This document shows, in pieces, positions 29,279 through 38,229 of a stretch of 64,000 bases of DNA. The notes under the pieces were generated by a model. It had not been told where the DNA came from and searched no databases. It saw nothing but the letters and a program-made list of their open reading frames with translations. How positions within the stretch are numbered: the stretch's first letter is position 1; the number at the start of each line of letters is the position of its first letter. Made by a program: the position numbers and the translations under genes. Source of the stretch: a virus (taxonomy: Duplodnaviria > Caudoviricetes); IMG/VR virus record IMGVR_UViG_3300025890_000021, positions 26,404 through 90,403 of that record. One strand, 5' to 3'.

Positions 29279-30894
29279 GATTTGTAGTATACAAATATAG
29301 GTTCAAATTTATAAACATTATTCTCATGTTGTACTGAGTTTAATATTCCTGTCTTACTTGGGTCTAACCCAATCATTCTTGTCATTAACATTTTTAGTTT
29401 ACCTTTATATTCACAACCCAACTCTTCAAGTATCTTTCTACTATCACCCTCTAAATCATAATAAGTGTTAGCACCAATCTTAATAGAAGCGATATTCCAA
29501 AGTAGGTATCTATCATTTTTTAGATATTCATATGCTGTTGTGAGTGTTGGTCTAAGAAAGTTATCAACCCAGTCTTCATATTGACTATACGCTTTGAAAG
29601 ATTGATTCTCATCTTGTGAGTATTGCTCTCTGTTAAAGTATGGTGGTGATGTGAAAACTAAATCTAACTTGCCCTTATACGCTTGAAAGTTAGAATTGTT
29701 CCCAATTAATTCACTACCCTCTCTATAAACATCATATGTATTACTTTGTTTTTCTACATCAAAGAACTGAGTAAATGTTTCAGAAAAATTATCTACACAA
29801 TTACTATTATAGAAATCAGCAACTGCTTCGTATCTACCGAAGTTATCTGGATTAGGGTCTGTACCAATATAATGTATCTTCTTACGAGAACTCATTGCTC
29901 CTAAGATTCTACCACCCCACCCACTACTTGGGTCATAGATATGAAACCTTTGGTCTTGATTATCTATATGGTCTGTAAATTTTTCGTACAATAGTTTTGC
30001 TGTAAGTGGTGGGAAGTTAACTGCTGGTTGTCCACATGCTAATCTAAACACTTGTAATATCTTTGGAAAGATACCAATAGTTTTATCATAGTGTCTGATT
30101 AGATATAAGAACTCAGTTACTTTACCACTCTTACTTGTTTCACTTGAAACTATATCTGGTATGTTACTTAATTGTGTATCATTCAAGTAACCACTATCTT
30201 TACAATCTTGTACTTCTTCTGCAGTTAAGTAAACATTTCCATGTCCTTTAAACTCTTCATTCATAGTACCATAATTACCGACTGTACTTTTCTTTACTCT
30301 TGCAAGTACAAATCTTGTATCTGAATACTTACCAATAGAAACTTTACCATCATGTACATTCTTAATAAATTCTTTACCACTCTCACCATTCCAAAAAGGA
30401 TTCTCATCTTTCTTGGTTACGATACTTCTACTCCAACTATACATAGAATCTTTCTTTACTGCTCTACGCATAATGTGAACAAACTTATCTTCTAACTCTG
30501 GGTCACCAAAGTGGTCATAGATAGATAAACCATTATCGGCTGATGCACCAATACTGATTTTTGTTTTTAACATTGTTGGGAAGAATTGATTTACACCAGA
30601 TGCATCTTTATTGAAGTTCTTAATTATACCAAGTGATTCTTTATCACCAGTATTATCTTCGATTAAATAATCACATGGATTACCTTTTAACTTTTTAAAT
30701 TTGGTAATCAACCCATCTTCATTTTTACCAATGACAGGTGGTGTACCATAAACATCCCATTGTTCAGTAACTTCTTTACGAAGTAATCGTGCCCATTCTG
30801 TGAATTCATCTGCACTCATTTGCAGAAGTTTGTGATATGTCGTATTTGATTTAAACTCAGAGAAACGACTTCTCTCATAAAACCATTTTTTCAA
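29275..30894 (-). CDS. SAM-dependent amino-methyltransferase-like protein
   Basis: YDPSSGWGGR motif I, YIGTDPN, DLVFTSPPYF motif IV. Confidence 0.75.
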   Translation of the reverse strand: MKKWFYERSRFSEFKSNTTYHKLLQMSADEFTEWARLLRKEVTEQWDVYGTPPVIGKNEDGLITKFKKLKGNPCDYLIEDNTGDKESLGIIKNFNKDASGVNQFFPTMLKTKISIGASADNGLSIYDHFGDPELEDKFVHIMRRAVKKDSMYSWSRSIVTKKDENPFWNGESGKEFIKNVHDGKVSIGKYSDTRFVLARVKKSTVGNYGTMNEEFKGHGNVYLTAEEVQDCKDSGYLNDTQLSNIPDIVSSETSKSGKVTEFLYLIRHYDKTIGIFPKILQVFRLACGQPAVNFPPLTAKLLYEKFTDHIDNQDQRFHIYDPSSGWGGRILGAMSSRKKIHYIGTDPNPDNFGRYEAVADFYNSNCVDNFSETFTQFFDVEKQSNTYDVYREGSELIGNNSNFQAYKGKLDLVFTSPPYFNREQYSQDENQSFKAYSQYEDWVDNFLRPTLTTAYEYLKNDRYLLWNIASIKIGANTYYDLEGDSRKILEELGCEYKGKLKMLMTRMIGLDPSKTGILNSVQHENNVYKFEPIFVYYKS

Positions 30895-30913
30895 TGTAAC
30901 TCCGTTATTGTTT

Positions 30914-30925
30914 AATAATAAATAT
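30914..30925 (-). promoter_or_regulatory. WTAYTTATWW motif heading the modification cluster
   Basis: ATATTTATTATT about 20 nt upstream of the start at 30894. Confidence 0.45.
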
Positions 30926-30929
30926 AATC

Positions 30930-31481
30930 TTAATTCGCGTTATTCAATACTAAATTTGTTTTCATGATAGTTGCACTCTCAACCTTGTAAGGCTTGGTGC
31001 CAGGCGATTCGAGAATATCAATACGATTAACGAATCGCTTGTTCATAGTATCTTTGACTTGATACACCCCATCCTTTTGACCAGTTCCCTTAAGAACAAT
31101 GAAATCACCATAATCCAAGAAACCACCATGTCGTTTCAAAAGATTTCTACTAACCGCTATGAATCGGTACTCACTAGCTTTGTGTACCCTTATACGCGTT
31201 CCATCCGCGAGAATGTTCGGTGTAGAATCAGTTTGAGACGAAACAGGATGATACATTGTTACTGTCACTTCCATTCCCTCAAGTTTGAATTCCTCAACTA
31301 TAGATATTAATCTTTCGTTTTCGGCTTTCATTGTTCGAACTGAGTCCTTGTGGAACTCCTTGTAATTGTCAAAGATGACTGTCCAAACATATGTGTTAAA
31401 CACTAATATGGTTGAAACTATCAAAAATGTTTTTAAATTTTTCATAATGTTTTCATCATGAAGGTCTTCATACACACTCAT
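30930..31481 (-). CDS. membrane-anchored 3D-domain (lytic transglycosylase-like) protein
   Basis: TVTMY..QTDSTP..ADG..FIAVSR..G..VKDTMNKRF.NRIDI; TM near the N-terminus. Confidence 0.75.
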   Translation of the reverse strand: MSVYEDLHDENIMKNLKTFLIVSTILVFNTYVWTVIFDNYKEFHKDSVRTMKAENERLISIVEEFKLEGMEVTVTMYHPVSSQTDSTPNILADGTRIRVHKASEYRFIAVSRNLLKRHGGFLDYGDFIVLKGTGQKDGVYQVKDTMNKRFVNRIDILESPGTKPYKVESATIMKTNLVLNNAN

Positions 31482-31533
31482 ATATAAATATCTCCTTTCG
31501 CGAGATTAATTCAGTTTATTTTTAACTTTTTTG

Positions 31534-31879
31534 TGGAGCTGGGGGGAGTCGAACCCCCGTCCAGTCTACCTATCATATTAAGTCGTTTACAACTTTAGAT
31601 GGTTCCGAATGTGTCACCAACAACCCTTGTCAAGTTATATACAGGTCTTGAAAACTGGTAGTTTCTTTAATCACTAACTTCCCTCTAACTAAAGTGAGTT
31701 CTTTTCAGATTTATGAACCCGTTACCCAATATCTGAGTCTTGGAACGAGCCTTACACATTAAGCGTAAGCGTAATTAGCAGTATTGCCAATTAATCAAAG
31801 TGAACCTTTTGTAGCGAGTCTTGCTCAAACTCCGTTGCACTTAAATACGAAACAGCACCTGTCGATACCAAGCAGCCCC
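31534..31879 (-). ncRNA. ssrA: tmRNA, tag (A)GNTANYAYA
   Basis: 5' GGGGCTG pairs with 3' CAGCTCC-A (G3.U70); T arm GGGGGTTCGACTCCCCC; tag ORF at 31759-31788; 346 nt. Confidence 0.9.
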
Positions 31880-31884
31880 ATATT

Positions 31885-32037
31885 TTAATCGATTTCATCT
31901 GAATCCCAATCATCAATTATATCCTCTTCACCGAGAGTAATATAAGTATCAAGGACATCGATTAAATCCTCAACAAGATTCCAATCCTCTTCATTGTATG
32001 CTCGTTCTAATTTTCTTTTAATTTCTGCCAAGCTCAT
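31885..32037 (-). CDS. small acidic protein (50 aa)
   Basis: Hand translation MSLAEIKRKLERAYNEEDWNLVEDLIDVLDTYITLGEEDIIDDWDSDEID. Confidence 0.5.
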   Translation of the reverse strand: MSLAEIKRKLERAYNEEDWNLVEDLIDVLDTYITLGEEDIIDDWDSDEID

Positions 32038-32608
32038 ATTCTACTCCTATTTTAAATTTGTAGTACTTCCTACCTTTGATATCATTGTAATCAAAGATAT
32101 TAGTAAGTATCAACTTATCAGATAATTTCCAATTTAATTGAGCATAATCTTCCATATCAAATCTACTCTCACCTGTTAGTCCATCATGAAAATAATAACC
32201 ATCCCATTTTGCTTCTAATGATAATTTACCATTGATTTCTTTTTTCTTTTGTATACCCATCGATAAACCATTTTCAAATTTATCATCTGAATATAAACCA
32301 GTATAACCAATTGAGTACTCACCATTACGATATCGAATATCTGCTTTACCATATTGTAAATCACGAGATGTTTTATTAACATATTGTGGTTTAAAATAAA
32401 AGTTCTTAGGTTCCCATTCAAACCATACTTCATCATCAATATAAGATTGTCCTAACTCTCGTTCCCAATCTCTTTTGAAGTATATGTTTTCACTCCTAAA
32501 TCCAAGAGCAATTTCATAATCATCTTTGGTGATTGAATCATCGTTAGGTGTTCTCGCACTAAACGAAGTGAATAAAACTAATCCACTTAATAAACTCTGT
32601 AATATCAT
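32018..32608 (-). CDS. putative small outer-membrane beta-barrel protein
   Basis: Signal peptide, aromatic-rich alternating strands ending YKFKIGVEYEL. Confidence 0.55.
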   Translation of the reverse strand: MILQSLLSGLVLFTSFSARTPNDDSITKDDYEIALGFRSENIYFKRDWERELGQSYIDDEVWFEWEPKNFYFKPQYVNKTSRDLQYGKADIRYRNGEYSIGYTGLYSDDKFENGLSMGIQKKKEINGKLSLEAKWDGYYFHDGLTGESRFDMEDYAQLNWKLSDKLILTNIFDYNDIKGRKYYKFKIGVEYELGRN

Positions 32609-32872
32609 CTCATTATCCTATCTAATTCAACCCATGCTTCCATCCCTTGAGAAAATTGATACATCATATATAATAAGATACATCCTGCTCCAAGTTTAAG
32701 ACTTGTAATTATGATATCAAATATCATCTCTACCTTTGAGTTCATTTACTCTTTCTCCTTGTGTATCTTCTTCTGGTCTTTGTACCAGTTCTTCTTACAA
32801 CTTTTCTTTTCTTCTTGGGTTTCTTACCAACAAGAATCTCAGTTAGAAGTTCACATGCTTCTATAAATGTCA

Positions 32873-33076
32873 TTATATGACCTCTACGATTTTAGATTCT
32901 TTAACTACTTTAACTTCAAATGAGTATGGTGAATCTTTTAACATCTCATTTACTTTTGCTTCAGCAACACTTACTGAATCACACTCAACTAAAAATGCTC
33001 TACGAGTTCTTTTTTCTCTCGTACCATTCTTTGTTGGTATCTCTTCTACGAATACTACTTGTGCTTCATAATACAT
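32873..33076 (-). CDS. DUF4494-like protein
   Basis: YYEAQV..G..K..FLVE.DS.S.AEAKV pattern recalled from DUF4494. Confidence 0.55.
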   Translation of the reverse strand: MYYEAQVVFVEEIPTKNGTREKRTRRAFLVECDSVSVAEAKVNEMLKDSPYSFEVKVVKESKIVEVI

Positions 33077-34016
33077 TATGTATCTCCTTATATTTGTTAA
33101 CGGCCAATTCTTTCATCTTTGCTTCGACCATAATATCAACCTCTTGACCATAGGTATCAATATAATCCAACACATAATCTGAATGTGCTTGTGGTCTAAT
33201 TTTTGAATCTTCTTGTTCAATACTTCTTGATTCTGAATAGTGAACTGCTGGTTTAATATCACCCCATGTGGAACCTGCTAGTTCTAACGCTTCTTGTTCC
33301 GATAATCCACCATCACAAAATCTGTGGTGATGATAATCAAACACAATAGGTATACCAATTCGTTTGTATACTCCATCGTATAAATCTTGTACTGAGTACA
33401 TGGATGCCTTATCATCATTTTCGATTGTCAATCTTGTTTGTACACTCTCTGGTAACTTGTAAAAGTTCTTACAGAATCTATCCATTGCTGATTCTTTATC
33501 TCCATATGCACCACCAAGATGAATGTTAATCTTGTTGTAAGGTGTTCTTGATAATCCCATCATATCCATAACATCACCATGTATTGTTAAGTCTTTTACA
33601 CAATTATCAACAACATGATTATGTGGTGATACTAATACATTGAATGGACCTGGATGTGTGGTCAACCTAACACCATGTGTTGTTGCCATTGTTCCAGCAG
33701 AATGTAACCATTGTTTAATCTCATCAATATCTTTTAGGTCATCCCATTCATACTCAGTTTTCCACGGCGTGATATCACTACTCATACGATAGAAATCATA
33801 ACCATTTAATACATTCCATTGTACTATCTGATTTAAATCTTTTACATTTTGTAGGATAAGTTCTGAAGCATAATCAACACCTTTATCATCAAAGGTTCTA
33901 CGAATCATACTACGATTTGTTGTGATAGGTTTTGTACCTCTTGGTTTGTTACCATACTTAGTAGGATAGCTCAATGCCATATTGATACATGCATAACCAA
34001 TTTTGTTATTTACCAT
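33066..34016 (-). CDS. uvsE: UV DNA damage endonuclease
   Basis: KIGYACIN, FYRMSSD, RLTTHPG.F.VL.SP, INIHLG, RLTIENDDK, IPIVFDYHHH, HYSES, MVEAK.KE. Confidence 0.92.
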   Translation of the reverse strand: MVNNKIGYACINMALSYPTKYGNKPRGTKPITTNRSMIRRTFDDKGVDYASELILQNVKDLNQIVQWNVLNGYDFYRMSSDITPWKTEYEWDDLKDIDEIKQWLHSAGTMATTHGVRLTTHPGPFNVLVSPHNHVVDNCVKDLTIHGDVMDMMGLSRTPYNKINIHLGGAYGDKESAMDRFCKNFYKLPESVQTRLTIENDDKASMYSVQDLYDGVYKRIGIPIVFDYHHHRFCDGGLSEQEALELAGSTWGDIKPAVHYSESRSIEQEDSKIRPQAHSDYVLDYIDTYGQEVDIMVEAKMKELAVNKYKEIHNVL

Positions 34017-34124
34017 TCTTCATTTCTCCCAAAGTCATTTTTTTCAATTCTCATTTTTAAGTGTTTCTTGTATTGATACATAAAATATATATGTTTCAAA
34101 TTTCCCAAATACCAAAGTATTTTT

Positions 34125-34580
34125 CTAATAGCGTTCATTAGCAGGTGTATCATATTCAATTAATCCAGTCATTTCTGATGATGAACGAATTTTTTTACCT
34201 AAGTTCTGAACGAACTCTATACCTAATTCACTACATACTTTTACCTCTGGTGAATTACTAGCATCTCTATCTCCACCATTACAAAAGATTAGTTTATTCA
34301 TAGGTTTAAATCTATGTACCATCCTAATAGTTTCACATACTGATTTAGTTTCATCACAAGCTAAGATTACTTCATCAACCATATCTAAATGATACACGAT
34401 TTCTAATCTATCATATTCTGCCATAAACTCATCACCCTTTTTCAACATACATTGTTCGTGATTGTTAACAATTACAATTAACTCATCTGCCATCTCTTTA
34501 GCTAATTTGAAATACTCAATATGACCTACATGAAGTGGGTCAAAGTATCCACTAACTATTGCTGTCTTTTTTCTCGACAT
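34125..34580 (-). CDS. HIGH-motif cytidylyl/adenylyltransferase
   Basis: SGYFDPLHVGH, FCNGGDR, SSS; start reassigned to MSRKK. Confidence 0.85.
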   Translation of the reverse strand: MSRKKTAIVSGYFDPLHVGHIEYFKLAKEMADELIVIVNNHEQCMLKKGDEFMAEYDRLEIVYHLDMVDEVILACDETKSVCETIRMVHRFKPMNKLIFCNGGDRDASNSPEVKVCSELGIEFVQNLGKKIRSSSEMTGLIEYDTPANERY

Positions 34581-34702
34581 CTGTCTTACTCTCCTTGTGT
34601 TTCTTTCTAAATATTTTATCCCAATTATCAGAATACTTTTTGTAATCTGATGTTCTTGGTGCACTACCTTTTGTAGTACCTGAATCATATATTGATTTCT
34701 TC

Positions 34703-35296
34703 TTACTCATTATTGTTCATCTTCCAATCGTCATATAGTTCCCATCTATCTTCTGATAAAAACTTCTGAGCTTTCTTCCATTTCATCTCTGTAACAACAT
34801 GCCCGTTCTCAATTAATTTAACAATCTCGTTACGGCCAATCTTTTTTGTATCTCGTCTGTAACTTCCAATCTCAATCTTTCTGTCAAATATAGTAGTACC
34901 ATTTAAATGGTCAATCTCATGTTGTACACATATCGATTCAAGACCATCAAACCTCATAGTACCTTTTACATTATCTGATTTGACTTCTACGATTTCATAT
35001 CGTTTAGTGTTTACGCCTTTTTTTGGATAACTTAAACAACCCTCATAATAACTTATCTCATTTTCTTTTGAGATGATTTTTGGGTTAATGAGAACCAAAG
35101 GTTCAGTAACATTGACAACGGCAACTTGTGCATCAATTCCCACTTGATTAGCTGCCAACCCAATACCGTCCCCTCTTTTGTTAAGTATTTGAAATAGTTC
35201 TGTTGCAATAGAGTTTCCCTCTTCAACTGATACCTCTCTAAGTTTCTGATTAATTAAAGGATTTTCATCCTTAAGACAATTTATAACCTTACGCAA
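34703..35296 (-). CDS. def: peptide deformylase with C-terminal extension
   Basis: GIGLAANQVG, EGCLS, QHEIDHLNG. Confidence 0.92.
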   Translation of the reverse strand: MRKVINCLKDENPLINQKLREVSVEEGNSIATELFQILNKRGDGIGLAANQVGIDAQVAVVNVTEPLVLINPKIISKENEISYYEGCLSYPKKGVNTKRYEIVEVKSDNVKGTMRFDGLESICVQHEIDHLNGTTIFDRKIEIGSYRRDTKKIGRNEIVKLIENGHVVTEMKWKKAQKFLSEDRWELYDDWKMNNNE

Positions 35297-35298
35297 TA

Positions 35299-35499
35299 TT
35301 ACCTCTCAATTAAATAACCTTTTAAATAATCACGAGTCATCTTCTTCTCAACTTTCATTCGCATCTTATAATCCTCGAATGATTCACCCTCTTGTCTCGT
35401 AGGCCCTTGTAGAATTCCACTAATCTGAACTCGTGGGTCTTCGTTCTTCTTCCTCTGTTCCTTAGTTTGGACAGGATGTATAAATTCACTACCTTGCAT
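35299..35499 (-). CDS. hypothetical protein
   Basis: Tiles with neighbours; GGAG RBS. Confidence 0.55.
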   Translation of the reverse strand: MQGSEFIHPVQTKEQRKKNEDPRVQISGILQGPTRQEGESFEDYKMRMKVEKKMTRDYLKGYLIER

Positions 35500-35631
35500 T
35501 CTTTAACTCCTTTACTTTGTTCTCGTATAACTTAGCATCTGAATCATTCAGTGCTTTAAACTTAGTACCATCTTTCAATGTGTACCACTTGTAACCATCC
35601 CATTGGGATTTCTTCTTTGCCATATAAACTC

Positions 35632-36075
35632 CTATATCTTATGGTTTAGAAAATCTTGTTGTTTCTTAGCAGCCTTTTTAAGAGCTTGTTTCTCTTTGTA
35701 CTTGGCTACAAGTATCTGGTCTTTAGTACGCCTCTTGACCTTCTTCTTAGGTGGTTTCACCTTAGTAGGTTTAAGTGTACCCTTTAACTTAGGCATCTCT
35801 TTACCTTTGTGAAATACATTACCATCCTTATCTACAAACTCAGCCATCCAATGCCAACCAGCGGGACGACCTGTAGGTTTGTATGCTGGTTTAGTGTTCT
35901 TCTCAAATTCCTCTGGATACATTTTATGTAACCTACCCATCAAGGCCCTATCACCAATTACTTCTTTCACATCAGTACTTACATTCTTGACTGGTTGACC
36001 TGTGATTTTACAATCCATATATGCCACCCCATCAATAAAGTAACCACCATTATCTTCAAATGTTTTCTTACTCAT
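35632..36075 (-). CDS. hypothetical basic protein
   Basis: RBS present; basic C-terminus. Confidence 0.6.
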   Translation of the reverse strand: MSKKTFEDNGGYFIDGVAYMDCKITGQPVKNVSTDVKEVIGDRALMGRLHKMYPEEFEKNTKPAYKPTGRPAGWHWMAEFVDKDGNVFHKGKEMPKLKGTLKPTKVKPPKKKVKRRTKDQILVAKYKEKQALKKAAKKQQDFLNHKI

Positions 36076-36089
36076 GTAACTCTCCTTTT

Positions 36090-36320
36090 CTAAGCTTCAC
36101 CGATTGAACCTGAAGCGATTCCCTCAGTCATTAAAAATTTAATAAAATCATCATCCACACTTTTGGGTGCCAATTTAGCCATTGTCTTTTCCATCTGTAA
36201 ATCTATCTCAATTAATTCATTAATTAAATCATAACACAAATCTGCAGCCGTACCTGCACCTGCTTTTGCTGATTCTGCTTCAATTGCTTCTATTCGTTCT
36301 ACCAACTTTCTAATGTTCAT
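36090..36320 (-). CDS. hypothetical protein
   Basis: GGAG RBS; follows tRNA-Cys. Confidence 0.55.
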   Translation of the reverse strand: MNIRKLVERIEAIEAESAKAGAGTAADLCYDLINELIEIDLQMEKTMAKLAPKSVDDDFIKFLMTEGIASGSIGEA

Positions 36321-36338
36321 TTAACTCTCCAAATTTTG

Positions 36339-36412
36339 AGTGCAGGACTGGATTCGAACCAGCGAATAATGGATTTGCAATCCACCCCATTAACCAACTC
36401 TGGCACCTGCAC
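36339..36412 (-). tRNA. tRNA-Cys(GCA)
   Basis: Acceptor GTGCAGG/CCTGCAC with U73, anticodon loop TT-GCA-AA, T arm CTGG-TTCGAAT-CCAG. Confidence 0.85.
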
Positions 36413-36659
36413 GGCCCTCTGCCTGTGCCACTCGTTGTTGTAACTTCTTATTCTGTGTCTCAATAATATGTTTACAATACTTTCGTTTAAACTTTCTACG
36501 ATATGTGAATGCTGGACAATCACAACTCCATTCGATTCGTGATGGGTCGAAACGGATATCGTACTTTTTACCTTTGATGGTGTAATGTTCCCAGCCGTAA
36601 TCATCTACAACTACACCATCGAACACTTCTATAATATAATCTATTATATTCTGTTCCAT
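36390..36659 (-). CDS. SWIM zinc-finger protein
   Basis: WSCDCP..CKH motif. Confidence 0.7.
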   Translation of the reverse strand: MEQNIIDYIIEVFDGVVVDDYGWEHYTIKGKKYDIRFDPSRIEWSCDCPAFTYRRKFKRKYCKHIIETQNKKLQQRVAQAEGRAGARVG

Positions 36660-36760
36660 ACTTTTAAATATTACCTAAGTATAATAATAATCCAAAAACA
36701 AAGAATATCCAAAGTAGTGTTACGCCTTCGAGTATTCTGTAACCAATAAGTTTCCAACCC

Positions 36761-37060
36761 CTATATTCCATATGCAAACTCCATCTTACCAATTAAATAA
36801 TCTTCTTCTGATGGAACTGAAGTACCACACATCCTATTGGTCATGTCGTTTTCCAAATCTTCCATCAAAGAACTTTGACCTTCTTTACTCATCCAATTAA
36901 ACCTATGGAAATGAGTACCCTCAGAATCAACTCGCCACATCTCAACTATCTTAATCCCATCAGAGATTGAAGAATAACAATACTCAACAATGAGTTTGTT
37001 TCCCTCGAAGTTTGTGGATGAATCCAACTTACCAAATGTCTTTTCAAAAGTGTATGTCAT
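36761..37060 (-). CDS. hypothetical protein
   Basis: Directly downstream of promoter copy 2; AGGAG RBS. Confidence 0.6.
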   Translation of the reverse strand: MTYTFEKTFGKLDSSTNFEGNKLIVEYCYSSISDGIKIVEMWRVDSEGTHFHRFNWMSKEGQSSLMEDLENDMTNRMCGTSVPSEEDYLIGKMEFAYGI

Positions 37061-37085
37061 ATTTTCTCCTTAATTAATACCCCTT

Positions 37086-37125
37086 AATATAAGGCTATTT
37101 GCCTATACATGTCAAGTGTTTTTTT
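37086..37125 (-). promoter_or_regulatory. conserved sigma70-type promoter, copy 2
   Basis: CAC-TTGACA-N18-TATATT. Confidence 0.7.
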
Positions 37126-37643
37126 CATTTTTTTAAAACTTTTTTTCTAATCTTAGTAGGTAATGCCTGTAAGTTAGTGATATCATTAACGATACGAGTT
37201 TTAGTCATCATAGTAATTTTATCATCTTTATACAATTCTTTAAGATAATCTAATGCAGGAAAGTAACCATTATCCATATAATAATTAATACAACCCCATA
37301 CAACTAACCGATATGGTTTGGATTTATTCTTAAGTGGTTTACCCTTTGGGCTTGGCAATTTCTTGGGCTGGAACTTACCAACTTGATAATCTTTTAACCA
37401 CCTATCCCAAGAGTTATCAGCATAAATACCTTTGGCAGTACGATTACCACCAACACTTCTTCTATCCATTTTCTTAAGATTGTTGGATGCAGTTTTAGAT
37501 ACAGGTTGTACAAATGCACCAGTCTTATGTGGATAAACTACATGGGCCGAATACTTCTCAGTATCCGAACACTCTATACATTCCTTATAGCCCAGATGAT
37601 ATCTATGGTCATCTACCTTGTTATCACACTTGGTACAAATCAA
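37125..37643 (-). CDS. hypothetical protein with N-terminal Zn ribbon
   Basis: CTKC..CIECS. Confidence 0.6.
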   Translation of the reverse strand: MICTKCDNKVDDHRYHLGYKECIECSDTEKYSAHVVYPHKTGAFVQPVSKTASNNLKKMDRRSVGGNRTAKGIYADNSWDRWLKDYQVGKFQPKKLPSPKGKPLKNKSKPYRLVVWGCINYYMDNGYFPALDYLKELYKDDKITMMTKTRIVNDITNLQALPTKIRKKVLKK

Positions 37644-38153
37644 TTAAAAATCACCTGGTGCTACTTGGAAAGTATTAAGACCTAAGTCTCTCCACATCTT
37701 TACAACTTTATCCCTATCATCAACTACAAGAAAGACATCGTTGATATCCACAAAGGTATCTAACATTTTTTTCTTGAGTAAGTCATCAGGCATAAACCTC
37801 ATATCGAAAGTGGCTGGATTACCATCGGCAATTGGCCAAGAGTGGTCTTTGAACTTATCTGGTCTAAGAACCAAAAGGTCAAAAGGTACATCGTGTTTCT
37901 GTAACCAATCTTTAGTCGCGAAGAAACCTCTATCGTTCCTACCCGAAAAGATTACAACTTTGAAACCATCGGCGTGGAACATCTGTGCCATCTTGATGAC
38001 TGGAGCATTAGGTGTATCCCAATGAAGAATAGAATCTGGCGAAGCAAATATATCCCAATTAAGTTTACCATTAGGTTTTACTGACCTAGCTCTCCGAACA
38101 TCAATATTAGCAAGAGTACCGTCTAAATCAAATATGACTGTTTTCTTGTTCAT
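37644..38153 (-). CDS. HAD-family phosphatase (PseT 3'-phosphatase-like)
   Basis: IFDLDGTLA, SGR, VDDR..VVKMWR.LG; start reassigned after AAGGAG. Confidence 0.85.
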   Translation of the reverse strand: MNKKTVIFDLDGTLANIDVRRARSVKPNGKLNWDIFASPDSILHWDTPNAPVIKMAQMFHADGFKVVIFSGRNDRGFFATKDWLQKHDVPFDLLVLRPDKFKDHSWPIADGNPATFDMRFMPDDLLKKKMLDTFVDINDVFLVVDDRDKVVKMWRDLGLNTFQVAPGDF

Positions 38154-38176
38154 AATATCTCCTTTATTCATACTTG

Positions 38177-38210
38177 AATATAAGGATAAAACATAATACA
38201 AGTCAAGAAA
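38177..38210 (-). promoter_or_regulatory. conserved sigma70-type promoter, copy 3
   Basis: TTGACT-N18-TATATT. Confidence 0.6.
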
Positions 38211-38229
38211 AATCGTGCATTATTTGAAA

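Noticed and set aside
36317-36604. 95-aa ORF
   Set aside because: It overlaps the SWIM gene out of frame and spans all of tRNA-Cys
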